Part shown: positions 11,164 to 22,260 of the stretch, in pieces
Numbering within the stretch: the stretch's first letter is position 1
Layout of the letters: each line of letters begins with the position of its first letter
From: Octopus bimaculoides
Lineage: Eukaryota
NCBI RefSeq assembly: GCF_001194135.2
Contig: NC_068988.1
Span: 57,469,885-57,507,044, forward strand
Length of the DNA: 37,160 nucleotides
Direction: 5' to 3'
Position numbers and translations under genes: made by a program
Notes under the pieces: model-generated
Databases searched by the model: none
What the model was told of the DNA's origin: nothing
Seen by the model: the letters and a program-made list of their open reading frames with translations, nothing else

Positions 11164-11197
11164 TAAACTTTATCTTCTCAAGTTCTCCATCCAACTC
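11164..11197 (-). CDS. 34-nt exon ELDGELEKIKF, phase 0 to 1
   Basis: Acceptor tttctagttttgatatag, donor A|GTATAT; supplies the phase bridge needed between 13554 and 9101. Confidence 0.55.
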
Positions 11198-11893
11198 CTA
11201 TATCAAAACTAGAAACCCATGACACAACAGTCATTGGTGCAGTCACAAAGCTTGAATCACTTTAACCACACAGCCAGCACCTACATACACCAACATTTCA
11301 ATGAGAAAGGCCTTTAGTTGCTTCAAATCCCTCTTCAGATCACACTTTGACTGCCACATGAAAAGTATACATTAGATAATGTGTTCTGGAGTATATTATT
11401 CATTAAAATAAGATAGGATGGTCACGGAATGACTGTCATTGATTATGGGTCTGCTTAATCAAGGATGATTTGAGGACTAAATAACAATAAATAATTTTTC
11501 TTTGAATCAAAGCGGGAGGTCTTTATGTAATCATTTGACGTAGTAAAAATAATTGTCTTGTATTTCTTCTGAGCCCTAACAACTCTGCCAATTCAGTGTC
11601 CTTTAAGATGACAATACATATAAATCAAAGATAACAATTTAAATATAACAAAGGTTTATACTTCATCATGGTTTCTTAGAAATTTCTTTTCAAGATTCCA
11701 AAAAAACCCCAGTTATTTTGAGCTTAATAATCTTAAATAATCAACTGAGAAGATGATATTAGGGAGATAATTTCTTTGATGACCTGACTACCATAATTAT
11801 GCAAGCACCCCTGCGGCTATAACGAACATGGTATATAAAATAATTTTAAAAAATGGGAAATAAATTGGCTTACTGAGGGAAAGAGGAATAGTC

Positions 11894-12104
11894 CTATTTT
11901 TAAGAGATGAGGAATTCTGTACATTATTTACATTATTTATATTATTTACCTTCGACGGATATTTGTCCTCATCTTGTTTGTTGTTAATACAACGTTTCGG
12001 CTGATATACCTGAAGAAGGCTGGAGGGTATATCAGCCGAAACGTTGTGTTAACAACAAACAAGAGGAGGACAAATATCTGTTGAATGTAAATAATGTAAA
12101 TAAT
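11894..12104 (+). mobile_element. Fold-back Penelope-like terminal fragment with hammerhead motif, 15-bp TSD
   Basis: Inverted arm 11897-12010 pairs with 12025-12105; GAAAGAGGAA(T/C)AGTC at 11879-11893 and 12105-12119. Confidence 0.75.
12006..12049 (+). ncRNA. Minimal type-I hammerhead motif
   Basis: ATAC-CTGAAGA-A-GGCTG(10 nt)CAGCC-GAA-ACGT-T-GTGT. Confidence 0.6.
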
Positions 12105-13092
12105 GAAAGAGGAACAGTCACAGCAAAACCAATTTATTCCTTTCTTTAAACCATTTATACATACAAATGGCCATCACTAGCGTCTTCAGATTCTTACTGT
12201 TTACTATATAAAACAATAGATACTACATGTTAACTTTTCTTTTTCTTGTCTTTATGTTGTTTTTTTTCTTTCCTTTTAATTATTATTNNNNNNNNNNNNN
12301 NNNNNNNNNNNNNNNNNNNNNNNNNNNNNNNNNNNNNNNNNNNNNNNNNNNNNNNNNNNNNNNNNNNNNNNNNNNNNNNNNNNNNNNNNNNNNNNNNNNN
12401 NNNNNNNNNNNNNNNNNNNNNNNNNNNNNNNNNNNNNNNNNNNNNNNNNNNNNNNNNNNNNNNNNNNNNNNNNNNNNNNNNNNNNNNNNNNNNNNNNNNN
12501 NNNNNNNNNNNNNNNNNNNNNNNNNNNNNNNNNNNNNNNNNNNNNNNNNNNNNNNNNNNNNNNNNNNNNNNNNNNNNNNNNNNNNNNNNNNNNNNNNNNN
12601 NNNNNNNNNNNNNNNNNNNNNNNNNNNNNNNNNNNNNNNNNNNNNNNNNNNNNNNNNNNNNNNNNNNNNNNNNNNNNNNNNNNNNNNNNNNNNNNNNNNN
12701 NNNNNNNNNNNNNNNNNNNNNNNNNNNNNNNNNNNNNNNNNNNNNNNNNNNNNNNNNNNNNNNNNNNNNNNNNNNNNNNNNNNNNNNNNNNNNNNNNNNN
12801 NNNNNNNNNNNNNNNNNNNNNNNNNNNNNNNNNNNNNNNNNNNNNNNNNNNNNNNNNNNNNNNNNNNNNNNNNNNNNNNNNNNNNNNNNNNNNNNNNNNN
12901 NNNNNNNNNNNNNNNNNNNNNNNNNNNNNNNNNNNNNNNNNNNNNNNNNNNNNNNNNNNNNNNNNNNNNNNNNNNNNNNNNNNNNNNNNNNNNNNNNNNN
13001 NNNNNNNNNNNNNNNNNNNNNNNNNNNNNNNNNNNNNNNNNNNNNNNNNNNNNNNNNNNNNNNNNNNNNNNNNNNNNNNNNNNNNNNNNNNN

Positions 13093-13143
<51 letters not shown>

Positions 13144-13312
13144 GACACACACACATGTTTGTTGACTGAAATCAACACTTAGCAACTACTATGAGTTTCC
13201 TTGCAATTCTTCAGGTCACCAGTGTTGATTTCAGCCAACTAAATTAGATTAATACTCTACTTTATGGTATTGAGTACTTTTGTTCATCATCATGACTACT
13301 AACACATAACAT

Positions 13313-13346
<34 letters not shown>

Positions 13347-13553
13347 TATATATCATGTGTGGGTCTATATATGTACATATAAGCAAAGTGGCAGTGAGTT
13401 ATGAGCTGCAAGGATAGGATCGTAAGGAACTGCAGTGATACTGAGGGAGTTGAAAATTGAAAATTGGTGAATGGTTGGATGGATGGAACGATGGTTGTGT
13501 GAATGGCAGGGAGCAGGAATTAAGCCAATGTTAGTAGCGATAGAAAGACATAC

Positions 13554-13670
13554 TGAGTCTTTGTAAGAGTAATTCAGAACTTTTCTTCGGTTATTGAAGT
13601 CTGCTGCCACTGCATTAATCTGCATACGATGTAAATGTCTCATTCTCTGGGTTTTCTGAACTCTGGCATC
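13554..13670 (-). CDS. Exon DARVQKTQRMRHLHRMQINAVAADFNNRRKVLNYSYKDS, phase 0 to 0
   Basis: Acceptor tttgatttgtctgcag, donor TCA|GTATGT; 117 nt; inside ORF 13365..13685. Confidence 0.8.
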
Positions 13671-13733
13671 CTGCAGACAAATCAAATCTTTTACATCGTA
13701 TTTACATGATATATGTGTAGATTTAGAAGGAAA

Positions 13734-13815
13734 GTTGACAGTAACTTCAGAGTTTCACCTATCAGACAGCCCAACCAAAGCCAATGACCATCAAAACTTC
13801 GAAGTCACTGTCAAC
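13734..13815. repeat. Hairpin module (22-bp arms GTTGACAGTRACTTC...), duplicated at 14305-14371
   Basis: 19/22 arm complementarity; same core as the 16239-16436 fold-back. Confidence 0.7.
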
Positions 13816-13861
13816 ACATTCCATGTGTGTGTTTATAAATATATTTTATATTTAAGTGGGT

Positions 13862-14280
13862 TTTTTTTCATTCTTTTGTTTTTTTACTCGTTTCAGTCAT
13901 TTGACTGTGGCCATGCTAGAGCACTGCCTTGAACGGTTTTAGTCAAAGAAATCAACCCCAGGACTTTTTTTTTAAGCCTAGCACTTATTCTATCAGTCTC
14001 TTTTGCCAAACCATTAAGTTACAGGAACATAAACACACCAACATCGGTTGTCAAATGATGATAAGGGGACAAATACAGACACAAAGACACACACACAAAC
14101 ATATATATATATATATGACAGGATTCTTTCAGTTTCTGTCTACCAAACCCACTCACAAAACTTTGGTCAGCCCAAGGCTATAGTAGAAGACACTTGCCCA
14201 AGGTGTCAAGTAGTGGGACTGAACTCTGAACCAGGTGGTTGGGAAGTAAGCTTCTTACTACATAGCTATGCCTGTGTCTA
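13862..14280 (-). mobile_element. Bipartite SINE family A
   Basis: Reverse complement of 35417-35842. Confidence 0.85.
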
Positions 14281-14592
14281 TATATGAATATATTTAGAAG
14301 GAAAGTTGACAGTAACTGTCAGACAGTTTGACAAAGCCAATGAACAACAAAACTTCAAAGTTACTGTCAACCTTTCCCTTGTGTGTGTATATAAATATGT
14401 ATTATATTTAAATATTATATATAAATAATACTTAAATGAAGCTGAAACTTCACTAACTCTCTATTATACACACACATTCATACACATGTATATATATGCG
14501 TGTGTATGTTTTATATATATAAGTGTATTCGTGTGTATGTTTGTATCTGACAGTGCATACTGTGTATAGCCATGTCTGAACATATGTATGCA

Positions 14593-14632
<40 letters not shown>

Positions 14633-15533
14633 CGTGCATGTGTGTGTGTGTCAGAGTGTATGTGTAAGTAAGTCATTCATTTAATATACACCAAGGTTTC
14701 TTTCATTCATTGTATATCAGCAATTCTTTGAAGATATCAAAGGACAGAAACATATGTGGGTGCTCCAGCAATGTGACATGCAACAATTTTGGGGCCAATT
14801 TTTATCAAGGGATATGGGAGGAGATTAATTTACAAGGATTATCTTTTAGTTAAGTCAGTATATAGTTGTCTCTTTAGATATCTTTATTGTTGTCAGCAGA
14901 TGCATAAAGAAACATCATATATGAAATATATATATATGCTAAACAGTATGATAATTATATTATTATAGCCTATATATTCTCTTTAAAATTGACTGTGGTA
15001 CCTGTATCAAGTTTTTATTTTAATTGCATAAGGCTAGTTGCACACACAACACACACACACACACATTGTAGAATATGAAGCATATTTGATTATCATTTTT
15101 TAAAAATTCTATACAGATTTTTTGTCCAAGAGAAGGTTACATTAGAGAGGAAAATGTTTAAAGCTATGTTTAGGGACTATGTAAGAGGGCTATGGTGGCT
15201 TTGTATTATTGTAAAACTTAAATAAACATGACAGAGTAACATTGTCGTAAAAGCAAAGCAAAAAAAAAAAAAATTGTAGGGATTACTACAGTGCCAAAAT
15301 CATATCTTTTTTTATTATAGTTATGAAACTGAGTTACTCATAAATATCACAAGCTTTTCAATGCACATAATGTTAAGGCTAGCAATCCTTGCCAAGATAA
15401 TATCACTTCTAAGAATCGATTATGATCAAACTAGCTTCAAAAACATCAGTTTTCAATGGAATGAAATAAACCATCTCAATAGAGAAACAACTACCCAAAT
15501 TCAGTCAAGGAAGCTCCACTGATCTAGGTTTAC

Positions 15534-15713
15534 CTTAACAACTAATAAGTGATCTCTCAAGGTAATGTACTTTAACATGCTGAATGTAGCTGTAATCATG
15601 TAACCCATTCTCATGACTCTCATCCACCCTTCAGTTAATTCAATGGAGGCTATCACCTCTCTCTCCACTAACGCCTTCAATTCCATGTGGAACTTGAAGA
15701 AATTGATGAAGAA
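15534..15713 (-). CDS. Exon FFINFFKFHMELKALVEREVIASIELTEGWMRVMRMGYMITATFSMLKYITLRDHLLVVK, phase 0 to 0
   Basis: Polypyrimidine acceptor ttttcctcttcagcccag (distal AG keeps the frame; the proximal AG would start the exon at 15718), donor AAG|GTAAAC. Confidence 0.75.
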
Positions 15714-15809
15714 CTGGGCTGAAGAGGAAAAGTGCCTGTCCTCATTCCTTTTCAATCTTGCACACTATATGATATCCTTCAGCATTAACCACTAGAAGAA
15801 TCAATCTAC

Positions 15810-15963
15810 CTTTCCAACCAAAGAAAGTGTACAGCCATTCTCAAGAAGAACTAAGCTGAGAGCTAAATCTGTCCGACACACAAGAACAGCTGTTTCATGA
15901 GACAACAATGCTTGGACATGCATGCAACAAGGTTTTGTTTGTTTGCATGCTTCTGGGACAAAC
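15810..15963 (-). CDS. Exon (W)FVPEACKQTKPCCMHVQALLSHETAVLVCRTDLALSLVLLENGCTLSLVGK, phase 2 to 0
   Basis: Acceptor actgtcatgtag, donor AAG|GTAGAT; only open frame of the three; followed by a 96-nt intron. Confidence 0.7.
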
Positions 15964-16238
15964 CTACATGACAGTATTATCATGCTTGATAATCATATAA
16001 ACATTATGAGTGGGATCAAACATAAAACTACACGTTATGTGTGTGTATATAATTATATACAAATAATATATAAATATATATGTAGATGTATGTGTATGTG
16101 TACATGTATATGTATGTGTATATAAGTTTATATATATATATATATACATATATACACATATGGAGACAGTGAAATGTGCATATAAATATATATGTGGGGG
16201 GGGGATGTGACAAAATAATCTGAACGCTAAAGGGTTAA

Positions 16239-16436
16239 ACTAAAGAATTACACAACACTTCATAATGAAGTACATGGCTATTCAACTTTTACAAGAGGGT
16301 TGACAGTGACTTCGAAGTTTTAGCCTGCTAGTCTTTCATTATACTATACAGGATGAACACTTCGAAGTCACTGCCACCTCTCTTCTTGTAACAGTTGAAT
16401 AACCATGTACTAAGAAGTGTTGAATAATTCTTTAGT
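16239..16436. mobile_element. Fold-back/MITE with ~80-bp imperfect TIRs between two TTAA sites
   Basis: actaaagaatta...gacagtgacttcgaagt / acttcgaagtcactgcc...taattctttagt. Confidence 0.7.
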
Positions 16437-16440
16437 TTAA

Positions 16441-16662
16441 CCCTCTCGTTACTGTATTTATTTTGAGTTGCTCTGTGTTTATTTCACTTAATTTTAAATA
16501 TAACAAAGAATTTAGTAAAATAACTTAATTATCATTAAGCTAGTGTTAGAAACATAAATTGTGACTAAGGTCTGGTAGAAGATCTTAATTCAAAACTTAT
16601 GAAAACAAGACATTTGTACTACAGAACCAGAAGCGGTTTCAGTCAGGTTGGTATCAAAAGTG
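16441..16662. mobile_element. piggyBac-like MITE
   Basis: TTAA at 16437-16440 and 16663-16666; CCCTCTCGTTAC / GTATCAAAAGTG termini. Confidence 0.7.
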
Positions 16663-16811
16663 TTAATGCTAAATTTCTTATATACATAACTTCACAAAAA
16701 AAGAATATATATATATATAAGTAGGTATATATTTACAAAAAGATTAACAGCTCCAAAAACAACACTTGCTTCCTAAAATTGACACAGTTTAATGCTTAAC
16801 GATAGGGTTAC

Positions 16812-16947
16812 CACTGCAATCTGTCAAGAGATCCATAGGGAGCAACTGAATATATAAGTGGTGCACCCTGAGCATTTCCTAAGGAAATGACAGTCTGGGT
16901 ACCACCTGCCTCTCCTATGACAGCAATGCTGTTTATACAATGGCCAA
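16812..16947 (-). CDS. Exon GHCINSIAVIGEAGGTQTVISLGNAQGAPLIYSVAPYGSLDRLQ, phase 1 to 2
   Basis: Donor GTG|GTAACC; the split TG+G codon gives Trp with exon 15963; acceptor gctaaactag is weak, so the 5' boundary is less certain. Confidence 0.7.
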
Positions 16948-16971
16948 CTAGTTTAGCAATAGTATGGTCAT

Positions 16972-17149
16972 GGCACAAGCATGGGTGCGTGGTTAAGAAG
17001 TTTGCTTCCCAACCACATGGTTCCAGGTTCAGTCCCACTGTGTGGCACACTGGGTAAGTGTCTTCTGCTATAGCCTTGGGCCAACCAAAGCCTTGTGAGT
17101 GGATTTGGTAAGCAGAAACTGAAAGAAGCCCATTGTATGTATGTATGTG

Positions 17150-17235
<86 letters not shown>

Positions 17236-17458
17236 TGTGTGTGTGTGAGTGTCTTTGTTTGCCCTCTGCTACCACTTAAAAACCAGTGTTGGTATGTTTA
17301 CATCCCCATAACTTAATGGTTTAGCAACAGAGATCAATAAAATAAGTATCAGGCTTAAAAAACAAGGAAGTACTGGGGTCAATTCATTTGACTAAAAATC
17401 TTTCAAGGTGGTGTCACAGTCTAATGACTGAAACAAGTAAAAGATAAAAGATAAAAGA
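16972..17458 (+). mobile_element. Bipartite SINE family A with long internal (TA)n
   Basis: Co-linear with 35417-35842. Confidence 0.85.
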
Positions 17459-17564
17459 TATGTTTATAGGGTGTATACAAATATTTTATAAATGCAGCCG
17501 GTATTTCATCATCAGTACTGTGAGCTACCTTAACAGTTGTGTAAAGGAACATGTCCATACATAC

Positions 17565-17610
17565 ACCTCATTAGGGGGTCATTCTCTATGTAGGATGACA
17601 TGGTTTCCGT
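17565..17610 (-). CDS. Candidate 46-nt exon TETMSSYIENDPLMR, phase 0 to 1
   Basis: Acceptor cttccatctggtaactcag, donor T|GTATGT; bridges the phases between 27947 and 16947. Confidence 0.45.
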
Positions 17611-18170
17611 CTGAGTTACCAGATGGAAGATTAGAAATTTAACAATTACTGACTGCCATTTTTATTTAACATTTAAAGCAAACCATAAACAAGAGACAAG
17701 AATTGCACAATGATATATTAATTTAATATTATCATTGTTTCTCTACCCTTCCCCCATACCTGTGTTGTTCAGAACTATAATCAATATCCTCTTTTTTTTT
17801 TTTTTTTGTATATATTTTACAGACTGAAGGTTGAATATAAAATGTTTTTTAGTTTGTTTCTACTTTGGTTTGCTTTTCTTTGTTTGTCTCCGATTCTTTA
17901 GTTCCAACTGTTTCAGTTGATTTGATCTTTTATATTTTCTGTTTTGCAATGTTAGTATGGGTTAGAGTGGTGGTGCTGGTGGTGGTGGGAGAAGAAATAT
18001 CTAAGGCAGCATTTTATGGTGTGATGCCCTTCCTATTGCCATACCTTATCTGCTTTTCATGTAAGGGATTAAAGGGATTTTATTTTACTGGTCTCTAAAA
18101 GTAGAGGGTGACCAATTATGCACAGGCAAAATAAACATCATTATCATCATCACGGTTTCATTCAGGCAAT

Positions 18171-18201
<31 letters not shown>

Positions 18202-18206
18202 ATAGA

Positions 18207-18485
18207 GTAGAGGCTTGTGGCTTAGTGATTAGGGTGTTAGACTTATGATCATAAGATTGTGGTTTCAATTCCTGGGCTGGGCAACGCATTGTATTCTTGA
18301 GCAAAACACTTCATTTCATGTTGCTTCAGTCCACTCAGGTGGCAAAAATGAGTAATCCTGTGATGGACTGGGGTGCCATTTGGGTGGGGAATACATACAT
18401 CATAGAAACCATGTGGGGGGGTGGGGTCGTGGGTTCGGCTTATGAGTCAGCATGACTCGAGAAGGTAACTTTACCCTTACCTTTA
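18207..18485 (+). mobile_element. CORE-like SINE (family C-related)
   Basis: tggcttagtg A-box, ggtttcaattcc B-box, tcttgagcaaaacact CORE-like block, aaggtaactttaccctta tail. Confidence 0.8.
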
Positions 18486-18549
18486 CAACACACACACACA
18501 CACACACACACAGAAAAGGAAGCAATTAAGATAACACTACTTAATTAAC

Positions 18550-19240
18550 TTATGTAATATGATCTGGTGTGATGAGAAAATGCCAAACCAGAATGAGTGA
18601 AGCTACCAAAGAAAGGTGATGTGATCTTAGTGAATGTTCGAATGAGATAGAATCCCTCAACTTGTAAGTGACCAACAAGCTGCTTTCAGTGATTATGTTA
18701 AATAGGATGAAAAACAAAACGACTACTGACAAAATTTTCAGAGACCAACAATTTAGAGGTCATGAAAAGGGATAATGTACTGATGCCATATTTGCTTTGC
18801 AATGCATAACTCAAAACTTCTTAGAAGATAAATCAGTACGAGTTGCAGCAGCCATTAACTTTGTAGATTTCCAGGAGGCTTCTGACAATATAGACAAAAA
18901 TACTATGTAGAAAAAAAAAAAAAAACATTATAGGTGCAGGTATGGCTATGTGGTAAGAAGCTAGCTTCCCAACCACATGATTAAAGGTTCAGTCCCACTG
19001 GGTGATATCTTGGGCAAGTGTTTTCTGCTATAGCCTCACACCAACCAAAGCCTTGTAAGCAGATTGTCCAATGACAGAAACAATTAAAAGACCAAAGATA
19101 AAGTGAAACTTTGGAAACTAAGAAACATCAATATAAAAACTAGAATTTCACTCGACATTCAGCTGTGTGTCTGTTCTTCTATATTGGAGTGAAATATGGC
19201 AATTCTACAAATGTGATGAGAAAAGCCTGAATATGGAAGG
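18550..19240 (+). pseudogene. Decayed RTE-like LINE reverse transcriptase fragments, interrupted by a SINE head
   Basis: VKLPKKGD / DLSECSN; 18650-18910 reads ...NKLLSVIMLNRM...DKIFRDQQ...CTDAIFALQCI...FVDFQEASDNIDK; 19105-19230 reads KLWKLRNINIKTRI / SVLLYWSEIW. Confidence 0.8.
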
Positions 19241-19564
19241 TGCCTGCACAGCATCCTGATCAACAACAACTACTATGTTACATGTTGTTTAACCCTGGGC
19301 CAGACCTGAATAAACAGACCTATGAACAAAGGCATTTGAGCCATGATCATTTCATCCTTGTCTGTTCATTCTGTGTTAAGGAACCTAGGGCTATTTTGTT
19401 TAATATGTCCTTCTGTAAATTGGTGGGACATTATATGAAGGAGATTTGATTACTATTTCTAACAAACCAAAACAGCTACATAGAAAGATCTCAGTATTTT
19501 CAACAGATGTATACATTGAAATTCAAAACTGAGAAACATAAGCAAACCGATCATCCCCAACCCT

Positions 19565-19605
<41 letters not shown>

Positions 19606-20114
19606 AATGAAAAAAAAAAAGAGAAAAAAAATGAATCATAAATACTGAAGAAATCTGTTTCCCATACCCCAGTAACAAAATCCTTTTGGCCTGGAGCCAA
19701 ACCATTTTTTCCTGGAATAAGATCTATCTAAGAAAGAAAAGAAGAAAAATCAACACACCAAGTTTTGATGAGAGTATTAAAGGGGTTCTTTTCTTTTGTG
19801 GGTGGGGAGTGGGGTTAATAATTTAGTAAAACAAGGAAAGGGTAGTATCCATGACCTCATTTCTGGGTCACCCAGACCCTTGGGAGGATGGGAACACATC
19901 TTCAGACTGGAGACCTAAACCAGAAAATTGAATAAAGTGGACTCTCACTGAAGGCACCAAAAACACCAGGTGATAGTGTTCCAATAACAGGAAATGGTCT
20001 GACAGGTTTCCATATAGTTTCCAACAAAGCATTAGTCTAGTGGTTCATGTAAGGAATGTCCTTCTGGAGTACGAGGCTGTAAGGATTGCAAAAGAGGCAG
20101 ACAAAGTGTTAATT

Positions 20115-20258
20115 ATCATCATCATCATCGTTTAACGTCCACTTTTCACGCTGGCATGGGTTGGACGGTTTGAGTGGGGACTAGTGAGCCAGATGGCTGC
20201 ACCAGGCTCCAATCTGATCTGGCAGAGTTTCTACAGCTGGATGCCCTTCCTAACGCCA
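20115..20258 (-). mobile_element. SINE family D 3' part with (GAT)n tail
   Basis: catcatcatcgtttaacgtcc...ggatgcccttcctaacgcc, shared with 25207. Confidence 0.75.
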
Positions 20259-20271
20259 TGTTATGTTTTAT

Positions 20272-20495
20272 AATAATCCTTTCTACTATAGGCACAAAGC
20301 TTGAAATTTTGAGGGAAGGGACTAGTCACTTACATTGAACCCAGTGCTCAACTGGTACTTTATTTCATCGATCCTGAAAGGATGAAAGGCAAAGTTGACC
20401 TCAACAAAACTTGAACTCAGAATGTAAAGATGGACAAAATGCCAGAAAGCATTTTGCCTGGCATGCTAACAATTCTGCTGGCTCATCACCTTAAT
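20272..20495 (-). mobile_element. SINE family B full copy
   Basis: Co-linear with 4982-5200. Confidence 0.8.
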
Positions 20496-21609
20496 ATATT
20501 TGATAACATTAAGATGGTGGCTATGGCATATGGGATTGGTAGGAGGGCTGGCCTGTTAGACATGTGTCTCATAGGCCCACTGGTGTTTGGACATACCCTA
20601 ATGTCATGCAAATCAGTCTCCCTGCCAAATGGTTAAATAGACCCAACATCTCAGGGGTAAGCTCAGGAAAGTAGGAAATTCACTGATTAATTTGTAAATT
20701 AACTAGTTGAAGGCAACGAGGAACCACTGCTGTAGCTTTCTCAAGGAACACCATGAAGCTTCAGAATTTAGCAAAATGAACCATGATCACCAATGCCTGT
20801 GTAAAACATGTATGACACAGAGAGACAGACAGATAGAGATGCTCTTAGATTGTCCAATGCCATGATGAAGAAAGAAAGATTATAATGATGAAAACACTAT
20901 TTTGTTTTCTCATTTAATAAAAAGGAAACAAGGAACAAAAACAATATCCACTGTTTTTTTTTTTTTTGTGTAGGATGGCCTCTCGGTATTTGCTGGTAGG
21001 AAAACCACTGCATTAGTTGACCCAAAGACACTTGTCCAAGGTGCTGCACAGTGGGATTGAACCTGAAGCCACATAGTTGGGTGGTGTACTTCTTAACCAC
21101 ACAGCCATGCCTGTGTCTTAGAAGGGAGAGAAAGATCAACCCAGCCAGTTTAATTTTGCATTAATAAGCAAAGTCCTGGAGATATCAATACTATGTTCCC
21201 TGATCTAATTTCACCTGCCCCACCTATAGAACTGGAACCTGAGCTGCACAGTATGTTTAGAGTGGCCCTACCCACTTTTAGCTCTGGCATCCTTCATTTC
21301 CAAACTATACTGACATCTTCACTTTAGGAAGCATGCTTGGAGGACAATGAAGGGAAGGATGTCTAGCAGACATGTGCATTGATGTACATGTGGTATATGT
21401 TTCTGTGTATGTGTGTGTGAAAGAGATAGGAAAAAGGGAGGGGTGTCTATATTTCTGTAGTTGTTGGGTATGTTGCTCCTATATATATATTGTTGTGTCT
21501 GTGCATCTAATTAGCATCAGTTACTCTCAGCAGGATTCGTTCAATGACAAGAGTTAAAGGAAAGGGAAACAGTATGCAATACATAACAGTGGAGTGGTGG
21601 TGCCTTATA

Positions 21610-21935
21610 CAGGAGAGTACAGCATGGCTCAGTGGTTAGAGCTTTGAGCTCACAATCATGAAGTAGTGCATTCGATTCCCAGACCAGGCTGTGTGTTGTG
21701 TTCTTGAGCAAGACACTTTATTCCACATTGCTCCAGTTCACTAAGCTGTAGAAATGAGTTGTGACATTACTGGTGCCATGCTGTATTGGCCCCTTTGCCT
21801 TTCCCTTGGATAACATCAGTGGTGTGCAGAGGGGAGGCTAGTATGCATGGGCAACTGCTGGTCTTCCATAAACAACCTTGCCCAGACTTGAACCTTGGAG
21901 AGGAATCCCATGGTCATTCATGACTGAAGGGGTCT
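21610..21935 (+). mobile_element. tRNA-derived CORE-like SINE (family C), near full length
   Basis: A-box tggctcagtgg, B-box-like ttcgattcc, CORE-like tcttgagcaagacactttattccacattgctccagttcactaagctgtagaaatgag. Confidence 0.8.
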
Positions 21936-21959
21936 TTATTCTAGAGCATTATAATATGG

Positions 21960-22260
21960 GAGCTGTTTGTTCTGTAATATAGAGTAATGTGGTGTGTTAT
22001 AAAACCTCGAGTTGTTTGTTGTATAATGTTTCATAATGCTGCAATATGGAGTGGAGTGTTATATATAGTAGAACTGGATATTATATAATGTTGAGTAGAG
22101 CAATATAAAGTGGAATGGAGTGTTATAATGTGGTATGATGTGCAATGATACAATACGAAGGAGTGTATTATATAATGCAGATCAGTGTGGTTAGAGTTAT
22201 ATCAAGTGAACTGGAGTGTTATAATGTTGAGTGATATGTTATTTAATGTGGGTTAATGGG
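21960..22260. repeat. Degenerate ggagtgttataatg-type satellite
   Basis: Recurrent gagtgttata(t)aatg variants. Confidence 0.55.

Noticed and set aside
20040-20080. Strong minus-strand acceptor (cttttgcaatccttacag)
   Set aside because: All three frames stop within ~15 codons with no donor.
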